A stretch of DNA of 64,000 nt, taken from Octopus vulgaris (Eukaryota). Position 1 is the stretch's first letter. Every line of letters starts with the position of its first letter. Of this stretch, positions 1-14,190 are shown one piece after another. The notes below the pieces were generated by a model. The model was not told the origin of the DNA. It saw only the letters and a list, made by a program, of their open reading frames with translations, and made no database searches. The position numbers were made by a program, and so were the translations under genes. The stretch is taken from contig OX597826.1 of assembly GCA_951406725.2 (NCBI GenBank), positions 66,712,001 through 66,776,000 on the forward strand, written 5' to 3'.

Positions 1-59
1 AGATTCGACCCTGCGATCTCTCGACCTCGTGTCCGCAAATAGAAAGTGTGTGTGAGCCT

Positions 60-1179
60 TATTTATGATGTTATCTTTTGACTAAGCAAAGCGATCTAAG
101 TTTGACATTATACAGGTTGAACTGTCTTATTACATATCTTCATGTTAATATTAAGAGTTTTGAAGGCGGTGAGCTGGCAGAATTGTGAGCACATAGGACA
201 AAATGCTTAGCGACATTTTGTCTGGCTTTACGTTCTGAGATCAAATTCCACAGAGATCTACTTTGACTGTCAGAGTCGATAAAATAAATTCAAGTTGAGT
301 GCTAGGGTCGATGAAATCGAAATTGCTGTCCTTGCGCCCAAATTTGAAACCAATATTAAGAGTTCAGGATAAAATACTGCACTGTTCGTAACCCAACTGA
401 AAAAACAAAATACTACATAATATATTTTCATATACTGAAATAAGAGAACATGGAATCAGCGTCGGAGTAGTAGAAAGTGTTTCAGTCTTCTGGACTAATT
501 TCAAAAGACGGTTTGATATTTATCAAAATTATGAGCTGCAAATAGGGGGAAAAAAAAAGAAAGAAACTCTTTTTGATTTGAAAACAGGAAAAGCATTCGA
601 TACTTTTACCTTAAAATTTGAGTTAATCCAATTACAATCTGATAATATTTTGATATCTCTTTATATTGTCATGTACAAAGACACTGAAAAATATCCACGT
701 TTGAAGAATCATCTACGGCGAAATGCTTCACCGTTTTTCTCCCATTTACAGATTTAAACACTTTTTCTTAACTTTGAATTTAGCAAAGAACAATTTGCAT
801 GTCAGACTGAGTGATAGTAATCTTGGAAACCAAATAAAAATTACTCCACCATCATCAATCCTATCTGAAATCTCCAAGTTTTTCAAAACAAATCACGGCT
901 AACGTTCTCATTAAGATGTAGTGTAAGAAGTTTTATTGAATTTAAAACATTATACTCTATGGCGCCTTTACTGTTTCGGCATTTTAAGCATTATAACTAT
1001 TTAGTTAATTAATTAATGCATTATATCATTTTAATCAATATTGTCTAGTGTGATCGCGTGCATTCTTATGAATTTGTAAAATCAAAGATTCATTATTTTC
1101 TTTTCAGCGCAAGATGTAGTCCAATAGATTTCTATACACTTACAATTTGCCCCTGGTACTAAAAAGGTTTCTCACTCCT
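60..1179 (+). mobile_element. Degraded hAT (Charlie/SPIN/GTF2IRD2-like) DNA transposon: C-terminal transposase relic plus right end
   Basis: Frameshifted peptides NIKS..LFVTQLKKQN, FKRRFD, FELIQLQSD, KYPRLKNH, RLSDSNLGNQ, RSH* (stop ~912) follow the order of the hAT C-terminal dimerisation region; 1146-1179 'ttgcccctggtactaaaaaggtttctcactcctg' resembles a hAT-Charlie terminus. Interrupted by a SINE. Confidence 0.6.
160..351 (+). mobile_element. SINE family A (tRNA-derived head, 'gcctttcatcctttcggggtcgataaa'-type body)
   Basis: Head aggcggtgagctggcagaa, degenerate B-box, tail aaatttgaaacca; 13-bp target-site duplication (TSD) aatattaagagtt at 147-159 and 352-364. Confidence 0.9.
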
Positions 1180-1509
1180 GGCAAAGCAGCTCTATCACCG
1201 GAGGTCCATTGCAGCGACACTTGGGAAGTTTCTCTTTATCTCAAACCGGGAATTTCTTCGTTCAGCCTTAAAGAATGGAATATATTCTTGTGTTGTTGTT
1301 GTTATTGTTGCTGTTGTTGTTAATGTTGTAGTTGCTGCTGTTTAGTACTCAGGCCTACTCCTGTACAAACAGTTTTAGGATGCTTCATGGGTCTGTTTTA
1401 GGATGCTTCAAAGATGCTTCAGCGATGACAATTATTCCTCTTTAATATATATATGTATGCATGTGTATATATATACATATATATACACATATATATATAA
1501 ATATATAGA

Positions 1510-1556
<47 letters not shown>

Positions 1557-1557
<1 letters not shown>

Positions 1558-1754
1558 TCTCATTTACTCTCGCTTACTTGTTTCAGTCACTTGACTGCGG
1601 CCATGCTGGAGCACTGCCTTTAGTCCCTTTAGTCGAGCAAATCGAACCCAGAACTTAGTCTTTGTAAGCCTAGTACTTATTCTATCAGGCTCTTTTGCCG
1701 AACCGCTAAGTTACGGGGACGTAAACACACCAGCATCGGTTGTCAAGCGATGTT

Positions 1755-1806
<52 letters not shown>

Positions 1807-1957
1807 CGACGGGCTTCTTTCAGTTTCCGTCTACCAAATCCACTCACAAGGTCCGAGGCTATAGTAGAAGACATTTGCTCAAAGTGTCACGCAGTGGGAC
1901 TGAACCTAGAACCATGTGGTTAAGTAAGCTACTTACAACACTGTCACTCTTGCGCCT
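1557..1957 (-). mobile_element. SINE family C (tRNA-like head, internal microsatellite, (gtaaaaga)n tail)
   Basis: Reverse complement of the copies at 37421 and 45591; central (CA)n(TA)n tract. Confidence 0.9.
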
Positions 1958-2251
1958 ATATGTGTGGGTGTGTGTATTTACATGCATACCTTCATACATA
2001 TAATCATACATAAATATATACACATACAGACGTATATTTATGCACACGCGCATACATACGTATACACAGTCAAGAATTATGTGGCTGCAGGTTCCATTCC
2101 TCTGCTCGACCATAGCCCGAGTCAAACATAACTTTATCAATGAAATCTGGAAGGCGGAAACCGAGTGGAAGCCATGGGGAGGAGAAATGTCTTCGCTTTT
2201 TGATAGAAGTGTTAATTCGTTTCTCTGTTAAGTGCCAACACTGCTTTAGCG

Positions 2252-2529
2252 AAGTTGTTTGTTCCTTCTCGAGCCACGCCTGGCTCATAAAGGCCGGTTT
2301 CCTGGCTTCCTTGGCGTATTGGTTCCCCACCTGGACGGGATGCAGGAGGAAAGAGTGAGAGAAAGTTGTGGCTAAAGAGTCAGCAGAAGTTCGCCATTAC
2401 CTTCTGCCGGAGCCGCATGGAGCTTAGGTGTTTCAGTCATACACACACATATTGCCCGGTCTGAGATTCGAACCCGCGATCCCTCGACCGCGTGTCCGCT
2501 GCTCTAACCACTAGACCATGTGCCTCCAC
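2252..2529 (-). mobile_element. SINE family B (gtggaggc tRNA-like head; body 1 + tail X)
   Basis: A/B boxes (tggtctagtgg, ggttcgaatc) on minus strand; TSD cactgctttagcg at 2239-2251 and 2527-2539. Confidence 0.9.
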
Positions 2530-2711
2530 TGCTTTAGCGGAGTCTGTTAATGTTACAAGCAGTCGGACCTTGACTTCATCATGGAAGATACCTTAAACAC
2601 CTTCAACCCACCAGATAGACAATTCCTGAAAATAGTATTTGCCTCAGCATCCTATCATTAATCTATAAAAAGACACTTTGTCTTCCTGGTTTTAAGATGG
2701 TAGAGTATCAC

Positions 2712-2925
2712 AGGGTGGCATGTTAGCTGATTCGTTAGCACTTCTGACAAAATGCTTAGAGGCATTTCTTCCGGTTTTACATTCTGAGTTCAAATTCCGC
2801 CGGGGTCGACATTACTTTTCATTCTTTCGGGGTCGACAGAAATTAGCACTAATTGAGCATAGGGGTTGCTGTAATCGAGTTACTCCTAACCCTCAAATCT
2901 AAGTCCTTGTGTCTATAGCAGAAAG
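2712..2925 (+). mobile_element. SINE family A, diverged copy
   Basis: gagttcaaattccgccggggtcgac...cattctttcggggtcga shared with the other family A copies. Confidence 0.85.
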
Positions 2926-3339
2926 ATGGCAGGGTGGGTGCGATTTGAGGGAGAACTAGTTGCTATTTCTTACAGGTCAGACAAGAAGCTCGATCGTTGG
3001 TTGCTGATAACGAAAGATAACGAAAGATATTGGAAGCGTTTGTTATTGCAGTAATAGTAGTAGTTGTTGTTGTAGTTATGATGGTGGTGGTGGTGGTGAT
3101 TTTAAGATTATTATATAACTCAGCAAATTTCAATAAATTCTTGTTATATTTCATTTTTTTTTTCTAAATTTCTCATAGATTCAAGAGTGAAATAGAATTT
3201 AAAAAAAAAAACGAAAATTACAAGAAAATGCCTAAAAAACAAAAAAAAAAAAACCCAATTCCTCTTTGTAATCTTCTTTGGTTGCTATATCAAGATCTCA
3301 GTAAACCATTTCTTATCTGAGAAAGGATCGAAACCAAGC

Positions 3340-3890
3340 GATACCACCACCGTCACCATCACCACCACTACCACCACCAACACCACCACCACCACCACCA
3401 CCACCACCACCACCACAACCAACACCAACAACAACAACACCACCACCACCACCAAAACCACCGTCACAACCACCACCACCACCACCACCACCACCACCAC
3501 CACCAATGCCGCCACAACCACTACCACCGCTATCATCAGTACTACTACCATCACCGCCACTACACTCACTACTACAATCACTCTCATCGCTCCTCCTCTC
3601 ACCTATAGCTCCACTATCACCTATACCATCCACCACAGCTATCACCGCCGCCGCTACCACTACCGTCATTACCATTCCATCCCGATCAGGCTTTACCACG
3701 ACAACCATCACAATCAAAGCTATCACTAACAGGAATCCGCATTCCCGATCACCACCACCATCATCTACCCACCTACCGCCACCCACCATTCTCACCCCAC
3801 CCACCATTCTCACCCCACCCACCCACCATTCTCACCCCACCCCACCCACCCCACAACAATGCACCGCCCCACCACTAGCACCAACCACAA

Positions 3891-3958
<68 letters not shown>

Positions 3959-4114
3959 AGCCCACCGTCACCACCACCACCACCATCTCTGCCTCCTCCA
4001 CCGCCACCGTACACAATTACACGCTACTATTATTAGTTTGATCCTATTATTACAAGGATTCCTATATTTCTTCACATTACCACCTCCACCGCCACAAGCG
4101 CCATCATAATTGTC

Positions 4115-4145
<31 letters not shown>

Positions 4146-4289
4146 TCGTCGTCGTCGTCATCATCATCATCATCATCATCGTTATGACCATCATAATCGT
4201 CATAGTCGTCATGATGATGATCATCATCATCAACCTCCTCCTCCTCATCATCATAATCAAAATCATCGCCGTTATGATCATCATCATCG

Positions 4290-4363
<74 letters not shown>

Positions 4364-4570
4364 GTCATCACCATCATCATCACCATCATCACCATCGTTA
4401 TGATCATCATAATCATCATGACCATGATGATGATCATCATCATTACTCTCCTCTTCCTTCTCCCCCTCCCCATCATTATCATCATCATCATCAAAATCTC
4501 TGCTATGATCATGATCATGATCATCATCAAAATCATCATCGTCATCGCCGTTATCGTCGTCGTCGTCGTC
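3340..4570. repeat. Compound trinucleotide block (CCA/ACC, TAC, ATC, GTC) with a short ~19-bp cccacccaccattctcacc repeat
   Basis: Directly visible; explains the poly-V/G/P/Y/M/I ORFs. Confidence 0.95.
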
Positions 4571-4841
4571 ATCTTAGTACGTTTTCAGTACTTCTAATAG
4601 ATAAATGCCATCCTACCTGCCCCCATTCAGCTACCTCCCCACGCTTTGCCCCACCCCCACACGTTCTTCCATCTTTGTCCCGCGGCATTTCAGATCATCT
4701 CGTCATGACTCACAGAGTGGCAGCATCTTTACCAAACACATACCACTGCCACTGCAGGTTCTTCACATGTGATCCTTTGGAATGGTAAGTGGCGGAAAAT
4801 TGAAAGATGGAATTGTAATAAGACAAGAAGGAAAAAAGAAA

Positions 4842-4875
<34 letters not shown>

Positions 4876-5392
4876 GGAGAGAGGGAGAGAGGGGGAGAGA
4901 GAAAGAGAAAGAAAGCGAGAGAAAGAGGGGAACACTCCGAAAGAAACGAAAGAATTTTACTTCCCGCCAAAAAATATCCACCTTATCGACAACAACAACA
5001 TCTATTGTAACAACAACAACAACAGCACCAGCAGCAGCAACAACAACAACAACAACAACAACAAACTACTAACGACAACTATCACGAAATCTACTTTGAT
5101 AACAATAACAACATCTATAATAGTAAAAATAACAATTACAACAACAACAAATACTGCGGCGATTATATAATAAATAATGATTATAACAACAACTGCAATA
5201 AGAATGATGATAATAACTACGGCAACAACAGCAGCAACAACAACGGTGAAAATATTTCATTGGAATGTGAGTAAAAAAGAAAGAAAAACATACGTAAAAT
5301 ACATCGTTTTTAGAAGTTGAAGGGTAAGAGAAGTGGGTGGGGGACGGGTGGGGAATAGAAAGGAAGAGAAGAAAGAAAGAAAATAATCAGCT

Positions 5393-6100
5393 GGAAGAAG
5401 AAGAAGAAGAAGAAGAAGAAGAAGAAGAAGAAGAAGAAGAAGAAGAAGAAGAAGAAGAAGAAGAAGAAGAAGAAGAAGAAGAAGAAGAAGAAGAAGAAGA
5501 AGAAGAAGAAGAAGAAAAGAAGGAGAAGAAGAAGAAGAAGAAGAAGAAGAAAGAGAAGAAGAAGAAGAAGAAGAAGAAGGAGAAGAAGAAGAAGAAGAAG
5601 GAGAAGAAGAAGGAGAAGAAGAAGAAGAAGAAGAAGAAGACAAAGAAGAAGACGACAAAGAAGAAGAAGAAGAAGAAGAAGAAGAAGAAGACAAAGAAGA
5701 AGGAGAAGAAGAAGAAGAAGAAGGAGAAGAAGGAGAAGAAGAAGAAGAAGAAGGAGAAGAAGGAGAAGAAGAGGAAGAAGAAGAAGGAGAAGAAGAAGAA
5801 GGAGAAGAAGAAGGAGAAGAAGAAGAAGAAGAAGAAAGAGAAGAAGAAGAAGAAGAAGAAAGAGAAAAATAAGCAGCTGGAAGAACAACAAGATAAAGAT
5901 AAAACAACAAGATAAAGAAAAAGGGGAAGAAAAGTGGAAAAAGTAGAAAAAGAAGAAAAAGAGGAGAGGAAAGAGGAAAATAAGGAGAAAAATAAGAAGA
6001 GGTGGAAATTAAAGAAGAAAAAGAAAGAAGGAAAACAAGAAGAAAAAGAAGAAATGGAAAAAATTGAAGAAGAAAATGAAGAAGAAGAAGAAGAAGAAGA
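5393..6100 (+). repeat. Long (GAA)n/(GGA,GAA) polypurine tract
   Basis: About 700 bp that is almost purely purine on the + strand. Confidence 0.95.
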
Positions 6101-6159
6101 CGTCGAGTAAGTGAAAATCAAAGGAAGATATGACGACGAAGGCCAGCAGAAAAAGCAAC

Positions 6160-6190
<31 letters not shown>

Positions 6191-6466
6191 TTTTGGTGGT
6201 GGCGGTGGTGGTGGTGGTAGTGATAGGGATAGAAAACATTTGAAAAAAAAGAAACAACTAGAATGTAAAAAGCAATAAATATATAAAACCCATGCTAATC
6301 ATGATTGTGATGATGATGATGATGATAATAATTATGGTTGTAATAGAGTGGGGGGGTGGGGTGATGGTGCTAACGGTAACAACGTTTATGATGACAACGA
6401 CGACATAGGAGGAGCTGATGATGGTAATGATGATGATTGCAGAAACGGTAGAAAGGAAGAAGTAAG

Positions 6467-6516
<50 letters not shown>

Positions 6517-6856
6517 AAAAAATGTTTAAAGAAATTGGAAAAGAATTTGGAAAATGAAAGTAGAAAGAAATCTGCCGTATGCGACTGCCACTTTATGTCA
6601 TAAGGACTCTCAGAGATTGGAACTCATAACCCGAATGCTTTTAGCTAAATGCAACACAAGCGGTTCGGCTCGTAAAACTACTGCCTCTCGCTCGCATTTG
6701 CGCCCTTTAAGTAGCAATATTATATTACAAAGTGATGGAGATAAAAAATATAATCGGCTCGACATGTACCGAAACCATAATGGATCGATGCTAGATGTGT
6801 CGAAACAATTGTCGTGATTAATAAATTCTCGTATATTCCATTTTCTGTCATTCCTT

Positions 6857-6893
<37 letters not shown>

Positions 6894-6920
6894 GATATAT
6901 ATATATATATTTATATATAT

Positions 6921-7191
6921 AAAGGGGTTTGTATGATTGTGTATAGAGGGATATATATTATTCAAAGGAATTCCAACTGTTTTTTATGTTTTATTTATAT
7001 TCTTTATAATATTAATGTAGAATATAGAATATATAGTATAAATAGTATATATAGTGTAAAATGAAAAGAAGTATTGATTGTCTTATTGAATAGATGAAAT
7101 ATTGAATATAAAATATTAAGGGACTAGTATACTTTCTTGCAGTTAGGCAGTCTTCAAGGTCCCAGGTTGTGACAAGAATGTTTCAACTGTC

Positions 7192-7192
<1 letters not shown>
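6921..7192 (-). mobile_element. Hammerhead-bearing Penelope-like pLTR remnant inside (TA)n
   Basis: Minus strand 7163-7120: gggac-c-TTGAAGA-ctgc(ctaact)gcaa-GAAA-gtatac-TA-gtccc; tail 'aaataaaacataaaaaacagttggaatt' resembles the copies at 9771 and 20302. Confidence 0.65.
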
Positions 7193-7262
<70 letters not shown>

Positions 7263-7264
7263 CG

Positions 7265-7305
<41 letters not shown>

Positions 7306-7872
7306 ACAAATTCATCTATCTATCTGTCTGTCTGGCCGTCTGCCTATCGAGATATATACTGTGTGCGCTGTGTTAAAATAAGAGCTACTGATAGTTTCTT
7401 GCTATAAAGACACGTATTTAGGCAGGTTTTTATAATGTGCCTTGTGCCTCTAAACAATCTTAAGGCTCTGAGCGCATGGTTTGTTCTATTTGGGAATCAA
7501 GACGATGGTACCCGAGAAACCACGAGGAAAAACGAGAAAAAGGCTGATGAAAAAATTGGAATGGAAAGAGAAAGTTTGAATAAAAACGAAAATAAAATGA
7601 ATTAGAGGTACGTTCCCTTCGATTGTAGTAGTCCTAATTATCTAATTGTAGAATAATTCAACGGAGAGGGTATCAAAGTCTGCCAGACTGCTGCTCAACC
7701 CAGAAAGGGTGATGTCTACCAGTTCAACAAAAGAAATTTGGCTATATGTTTGCATTTGCTGAAAATTTCAGATAAGGAATTTAGTAGTGTGGTGGAATTC
7801 TTGTGTCTAAAAATCATGTGCGAGCTTTCAGTTACTTATCCTGCTCTTGCATCGGCCTGAAATCTCTCTTCT

Positions 7873-8020
7873 ACGGTGGCAAGCTGGCAGAAGTGTCAGT
7901 ATGCTGGGAAAATGCGTAGCGGGATCCACTTTGCCTTTCATCCTTTAGGGGTCGATAAAATACTTATCATTTGAACATTGCGGGTCGATGTAATCGATTT
8001 ATCCTCTCCTCCAAAATGTA
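7873..8020 (+). mobile_element. SINE family A, internally deleted
   Basis: ggtggcaagctggcagaa head joined to ctttgcctttcatcctttaggggtcgataaaa. Confidence 0.8.
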
Positions 8021-8229
8021 AAACTAATGTGAAGGTGACGCGTTTGCAATACTCACTCCTGTATGTTTTTTGGGATAGCAACTGTAGTATTGTAGAATTA
8101 TTCTTGCAAACATGTGAGGTATCGATTGAAAAAGCTGTGGAGTTACTCTTCTCAGATGGTGGAATCATTTACGCAAAATTATGGAGCTACACTCGCAATA
8201 CTGTAGAGTTATTCTTATAAGATTACACA

Positions 8230-8760
8230 ACGACAATTCGAAGTTTGTGAAACCACCCTTTCAAAATCCATCATTGTAGCCTCTTATTGAATTCAGCAAT
8301 ATAAATAATATAAGAAATCAACAAAGTTAGCTGAGAGACGAGTAAGACTTATAGAAGTAAAGATTCCAAATCAGAGCTATATTAATGGATGTTATTGTGT
8401 AATTCAATAATTTTAAAGATTCTTCAGTAAAATGTACAATTCGTTGGCTATTATCGCTAAATTTGGTCTTCGATTTCCTGTACAGTCACATGCAAACCAC
8501 ATTGTTACTGAAATTCCAATCAATTTCCTTCTTGGATAACAAACCAGGAGTGTTAGATTCCCCCCCAAAAGCCCGTATGTTTCATTGTAAAGCTGATAAC
8601 TTTTATGAAGATATAACATGTTTGGTGAAGTAAAAGCAATTTTATATATTATTTGATGTATAGATCACTCCAAGATGGTATTTCTAGATAATATCATTTC
8701 ATTATTGTATACATCATTTCAAAATAACAAACATTGCCTTGCCTCAAGTACCAAATAATC
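8230..8760 (-). mobile_element. Highly degraded Penelope-like reverse transcriptase relic
   Basis: Minus-strand peptides KAMFVILK / TYGLL..PRRKLIGIS / LYILLKNL / SSDLESLL occur in the order of PLE motifs DKG.VVI, LYGLPK..PLRPIIS, L..LL.PL, SFDVESLF; many disruptions. Confidence 0.4.
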
Positions 8761-8914
8761 TACATCGTGAATAACGAGAATAAAAACTGACAGCGAAGAC
8801 AAATTTTGATCATTTCATTTTCGCATATATTCCCGAACAATGCAGAACGACAAATGTATGAAGTGCAATAATAAATAAATAATAATAATGATGATGATAA
8901 TGATGATGATGATA

Positions 8915-9020
<106 letters not shown>

Positions 9021-9506
9021 TAATAATAATGATGATAATAATGATAAAACTGTTGCAGGATCTTGGTGGAAAATTCAATAGAAATTTTCTCTACATAGAA
9101 GTTGAAAAGTAAACGAAAATATTTTCTAAAGATGTTCCAGGAACACGCCATTTCTAAAGTCAACAGCCAACAGCTTTTCATTGAATCGTCATCAAGAATT
9201 ATTCCTAGTTGTATTATAATAAAACATAATGCAATTTCTTTATTGTCGTCATAGGCAATAGTGTTGAATGTAAAATCGTGACACCTACACTGCTACAACT
9301 ACGCCGTGGTGCTTATATATCTAAATTTATCTCTGCTGTAGCTCAAATGTCATATATAAAGTATATTATATTTAACACAGATAAGCAGGTAAAAATATAA
9401 TGAATATAAATCGCTACGTATGCAGAGCTGATACAGTGGATTTTAATGGATTCCATGCCGAACGATTTTTTTAGAATGGGCTCTGTACTCTCTCTTTCTC
9501 TCTCCT

Positions 9507-9541
<35 letters not shown>

Positions 9542-9549
9542 GTCTGTAC

Positions 9550-9589
<40 letters not shown>

Positions 9590-9637
9590 ATTTTCGTTAC
9601 CATGGCAACAGTCCGGATGCTTATTGATTAGACTACG

Positions 9638-10005
<368 letters not shown>

Positions 10006-10043
10006 TATACACAATCACACACACCCATATATATATATATATA

Positions 10044-10179
<136 letters not shown>

Positions 10180-10801
10180 CAGTGACAGACATGAACAGAG
10201 AGCAGGTGGGAGAAAGAAAGATAGAGAGATGAGAAAAAGAAAGAAAACACAAGATATAGAGAAGGGTGGGAGAAGGAGGAAGAGAGATAGTCATATTATA
10301 CCTGTAATTAAATGAAACCCAATTTTGACACACTGCTTCTCCATGAGAATTAGTTAAATGCACAAATATCTGGAAAATATTTTGTCATTCCGTTAATCTT
10401 ATAACTAAAATGCTCAATCATTACTCGTTAAGGTTATCTCCAGAGATATTCCATAGAAGTTTATAGCCAGCGCTGATTCTTGTTACGAAGTTTCGTATAC
10501 AAAATGTCAGATATAAACAAACAATAAGATCGAAAATGAAAAATGGTTAATGTCTTAGAAAGTTAAAGAAGTGATTTTAAATTCTCAAACGCAGGATTAT
10601 GTCATATTTCAGGAGTTTTGCTCCTTCATAAACACTCAACTAATCCATTTATCATCCTCCAACTCATTGCTTAAATAACTACTATATATATCTAGCGGCG
10701 TATAGTTATTTATGTTGGCATAACGAAATACCGCGCACCTACAAATCATTAGTATTTACGTACCAGCTTCCAGGCATGCGTTTAATATGTACAACTGGTA
10801 T

Positions 10802-11198
10802 GGATGGAATGGGTGGAAGCACTCCGTCGGTTACGACGATGAGGGTTCCGGTTGATCCGAATAAACGGAACAGCCTGCTCGTGAAATTAACGTGTAAGTG
10901 GCTGAGCACTCCACAGACACGTGTACCCTTAACGTAGTTCTCGGGGATATTCAGCGTGACACAGAGAGTGACAAGGCCGGCCCCTTTGAAATACAGGTAC
11001 AACAGAAACAGGAAGTAAGAGTGAGAGAAAGTTGTGGTGAAAGAGTACAGCAGGGATCACCACCATCCCTGCCGGAGCCTCGTGGAGCTTTAGGTGTTTT
11101 CGCTCAATAAACACTCACAACGCCCAGTCTGGAAATCGAAACCGCGATCCTATGACCGCGAGTCCGCTGCCCTAACCACTGGGCTATTGCGCCTCCAC
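10802..11198 (-). mobile_element. SINE family B (body 1 + tail Y), full length
   Basis: tRNA-like head with A/B boxes; (TCCA)-like tail; TSD tacaactggtat at 10790-10801 and 11199-11210. Confidence 0.92.
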
Positions 11199-12691
11199 TA
11201 CAACTGGTATATCTAATCACTATACACCGTCATATGTAGAGGCTGTTTAATAAATGTGTTCGGGGATGATTAATGGGTTAGATGGGTGCTGATGAAAGGG
11301 CAAAACACCCCGAAATATGGTATATGCTTTCATTTCTCTTTTTTAATCTTCGATCTCATTCTTTGTTTATATTTGATGTTTCGAATACGAAGCGTCCTAA
11401 CAAAAATTAGTTCTGGTTATAATTTCTATGGAATATCTGTAGACATAGCCTTAACAAGTGATGTAAATCGCACCGCTAACACACAGTAGAACAAGGTAAT
11501 GGCTTATAAAAACGTTTAATATACTTTATTATATTCAAATTTCGATGAATGTAAACAAACTAACGAAGTTTGCTTTAGAAGCGTTGAGATGTCTTAGAAA
11601 GTTAAAGAAGTGATTTTAAATTCTCAAACGCAGGATTATGCTAATAATATAGCCTGAACAGGATAAGCTACCCCTATTTTGCAGAAAAAAGTGTTGGTAG
11701 CCGACTACGTACCAACAAGTCATTAGTACTTAATCATCTTGAAAAACCAACGTAAGATCGCTTTACTGTGTATATCTTTACTTTGAAAACTAACAAGACG
11801 GTAAAAATGAACGAAGAATGCGGTAGAAATATAGTTTGAAGGATGTAACCACTAATAAACGTGAAATGGTTTGGGGAAATCTTATCTGAGGGTGTTTTAT
11901 GCATCATGTCGAGCTAAGAGGCAAGATGGCCGTTATTTAAGTTTCACAACTACAGCAAACCCACACATACATACCCATGCTTACGAGCTTCTACTGCCTT
12001 TTTTTCTGGTGTGTCCATTCTTCTCAAAAATCGACTACTTTTGTTCCTTACTTGAACTGCTGTCAATCATTTTTCTTTTTCCTTGCAGCACATAAAAACA
12101 TCTTGCTTTTTACCTTCTTGTATCTATTTCGTTTTTTGGATTGTACTTTCTCCTCGGATCATTTTACCATCTTCTGGAATCTCTTACCGATTTCTCAGAA
12201 TCTATAGGCCTTTTCTTCACGTATTTAACTTCAACCTTGTCAGACTTTATTCTCTCATTTTCGAATGTTTCACTGCTACACGTTTGAAAAGACAGTTTTT
12301 CCACCCCATACGTGCTTTAGTTTATATACTTGCACGCAAATAAATATCATTTACATTACTCTCTCCAACTCAAATGCATCTTCGTCGCCATTATTTCCCC
12401 CTACACGCTCTCACATTCTCACATTCTCACATATACGCTTTTACACTATACAACTACAATTATATACACATACGCACACCAACATCGTCCACTTATACTA
12501 ACCAACGCCACCGTGCATACACGCTTGCACGCATCTATACACATATACACACATTCACAATATTCTCTTTGATGTCAGTTTCGAAGCATAGACAGACTCT
12601 GATACACGCTTCTATACCACACTCACACTTCCATCTTTTTTAGTTCCCGCCAAAGAACAGCATTTCACCCTGGTTTCGATTATTTTCTTTA

Positions 12692-12913
<222 letters not shown>

Positions 12914-14072
12914 GTAATAAATGACAGAGAAAGTATTTGAAGAAATTTTATTTAACAATAAGAAAATTCTAATATCACGACAAATTGTTTCGTAATTTAA
13001 AAACATGTAAATTATTTATATTTAGTAATAAATAAATTACATATCTGAATTAATGCAAAATGCATAAAATCCTTCAAAATAACGCAGAATTTAAGCTAAG
13101 CCGTCAGGTAAATGAAAATTCTTTGTTAAATATGTCGTGATATTAGAATTTTTCTTATTTTTAGATAAAATTTCATCAAACTATTTCTCTGTCATTTGTG
13201 ACATTTTGCGCTCCTTATCGTTTTCTCTCGTATCGTACTACATAATGTATATGTTTTATAAAATGATATATCAAAGAGCTTTTTTCATGAGTACTACCAG
13301 AATATTTGTACCAAAAACAAAAAAACACAAAACACAAAATGCTAAAAAAACAGATTGGTTCATCTCAAATTCTTTGTAAACTCTTAAATATATCTCCTTC
13401 TGTGTATATATATATACTACCAAACAAACATGATTTTTATTGAACTCCTAATATTTTTTGTTTAATATTTTCTCAAATATTTTCTTGTAAACTGTTTTTA
13501 ACATTTTATTATTATTATCAAAGAATATATATCTGTATTTTAATACTTTTGCGACAACCAGTACTTAACATAACAAAGCTTATACAAAACTATACATTTT
13601 ACGTTTGGCAATCATTTTCTAAAAAATTTAAACCAGTCAAGTGAATAAACATCTTTAAAATTGCATTTTGAAATCTTCTTTCATATATAATTCCAGTCGT
13701 GCGGTATCTTACAACTTCACTTTGTTATATATATATATATATACTGAGGTTATGAGAGGTAATGCTGTCAGGAAGACCCAAAGGTGTCAGGTGATGGTGA
13801 GTAAGTGTTATGGACAACCTATAGTTAAGCTCCAGGTTTGGTGATTATGCGAATGAGGAGTCCAACGTAGGTCATATATTAGCATGCGTCTATATAAAAA
13901 AAATCTTTCATACCCATGGATTTTTTTTTTATCTCATTCTGTTAATTTTTTTATATATATGTATACATACATGCAGGAAATAAATAGACACATTTAATTT
14001 TCAAAATCTTTCATTTAATAAGCAAAGCGAACAATTGAAATGTAATCGATGGGTACACTGAGCCATGCGCCT

Positions 14073-14157
<85 letters not shown>

Positions 14158-14190
14158 GTATATATATATATGTATATATATATACGTATA

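Noticed and set aside
3285-6257. Long ORFs with poly-V/G/P/M/I/E/K/S/L
   Set aside because: Translations of trinucleotide repeats, open in several frames and on both strands; no domain content.
11120-11198. tRNA gene-like sequences (also at 2455-2529, 41883-41955, 49321-49395)
   Set aside because: These are SINE heads continuing into SINE bodies, some with TSDs; no complete acceptor stem or terminator.
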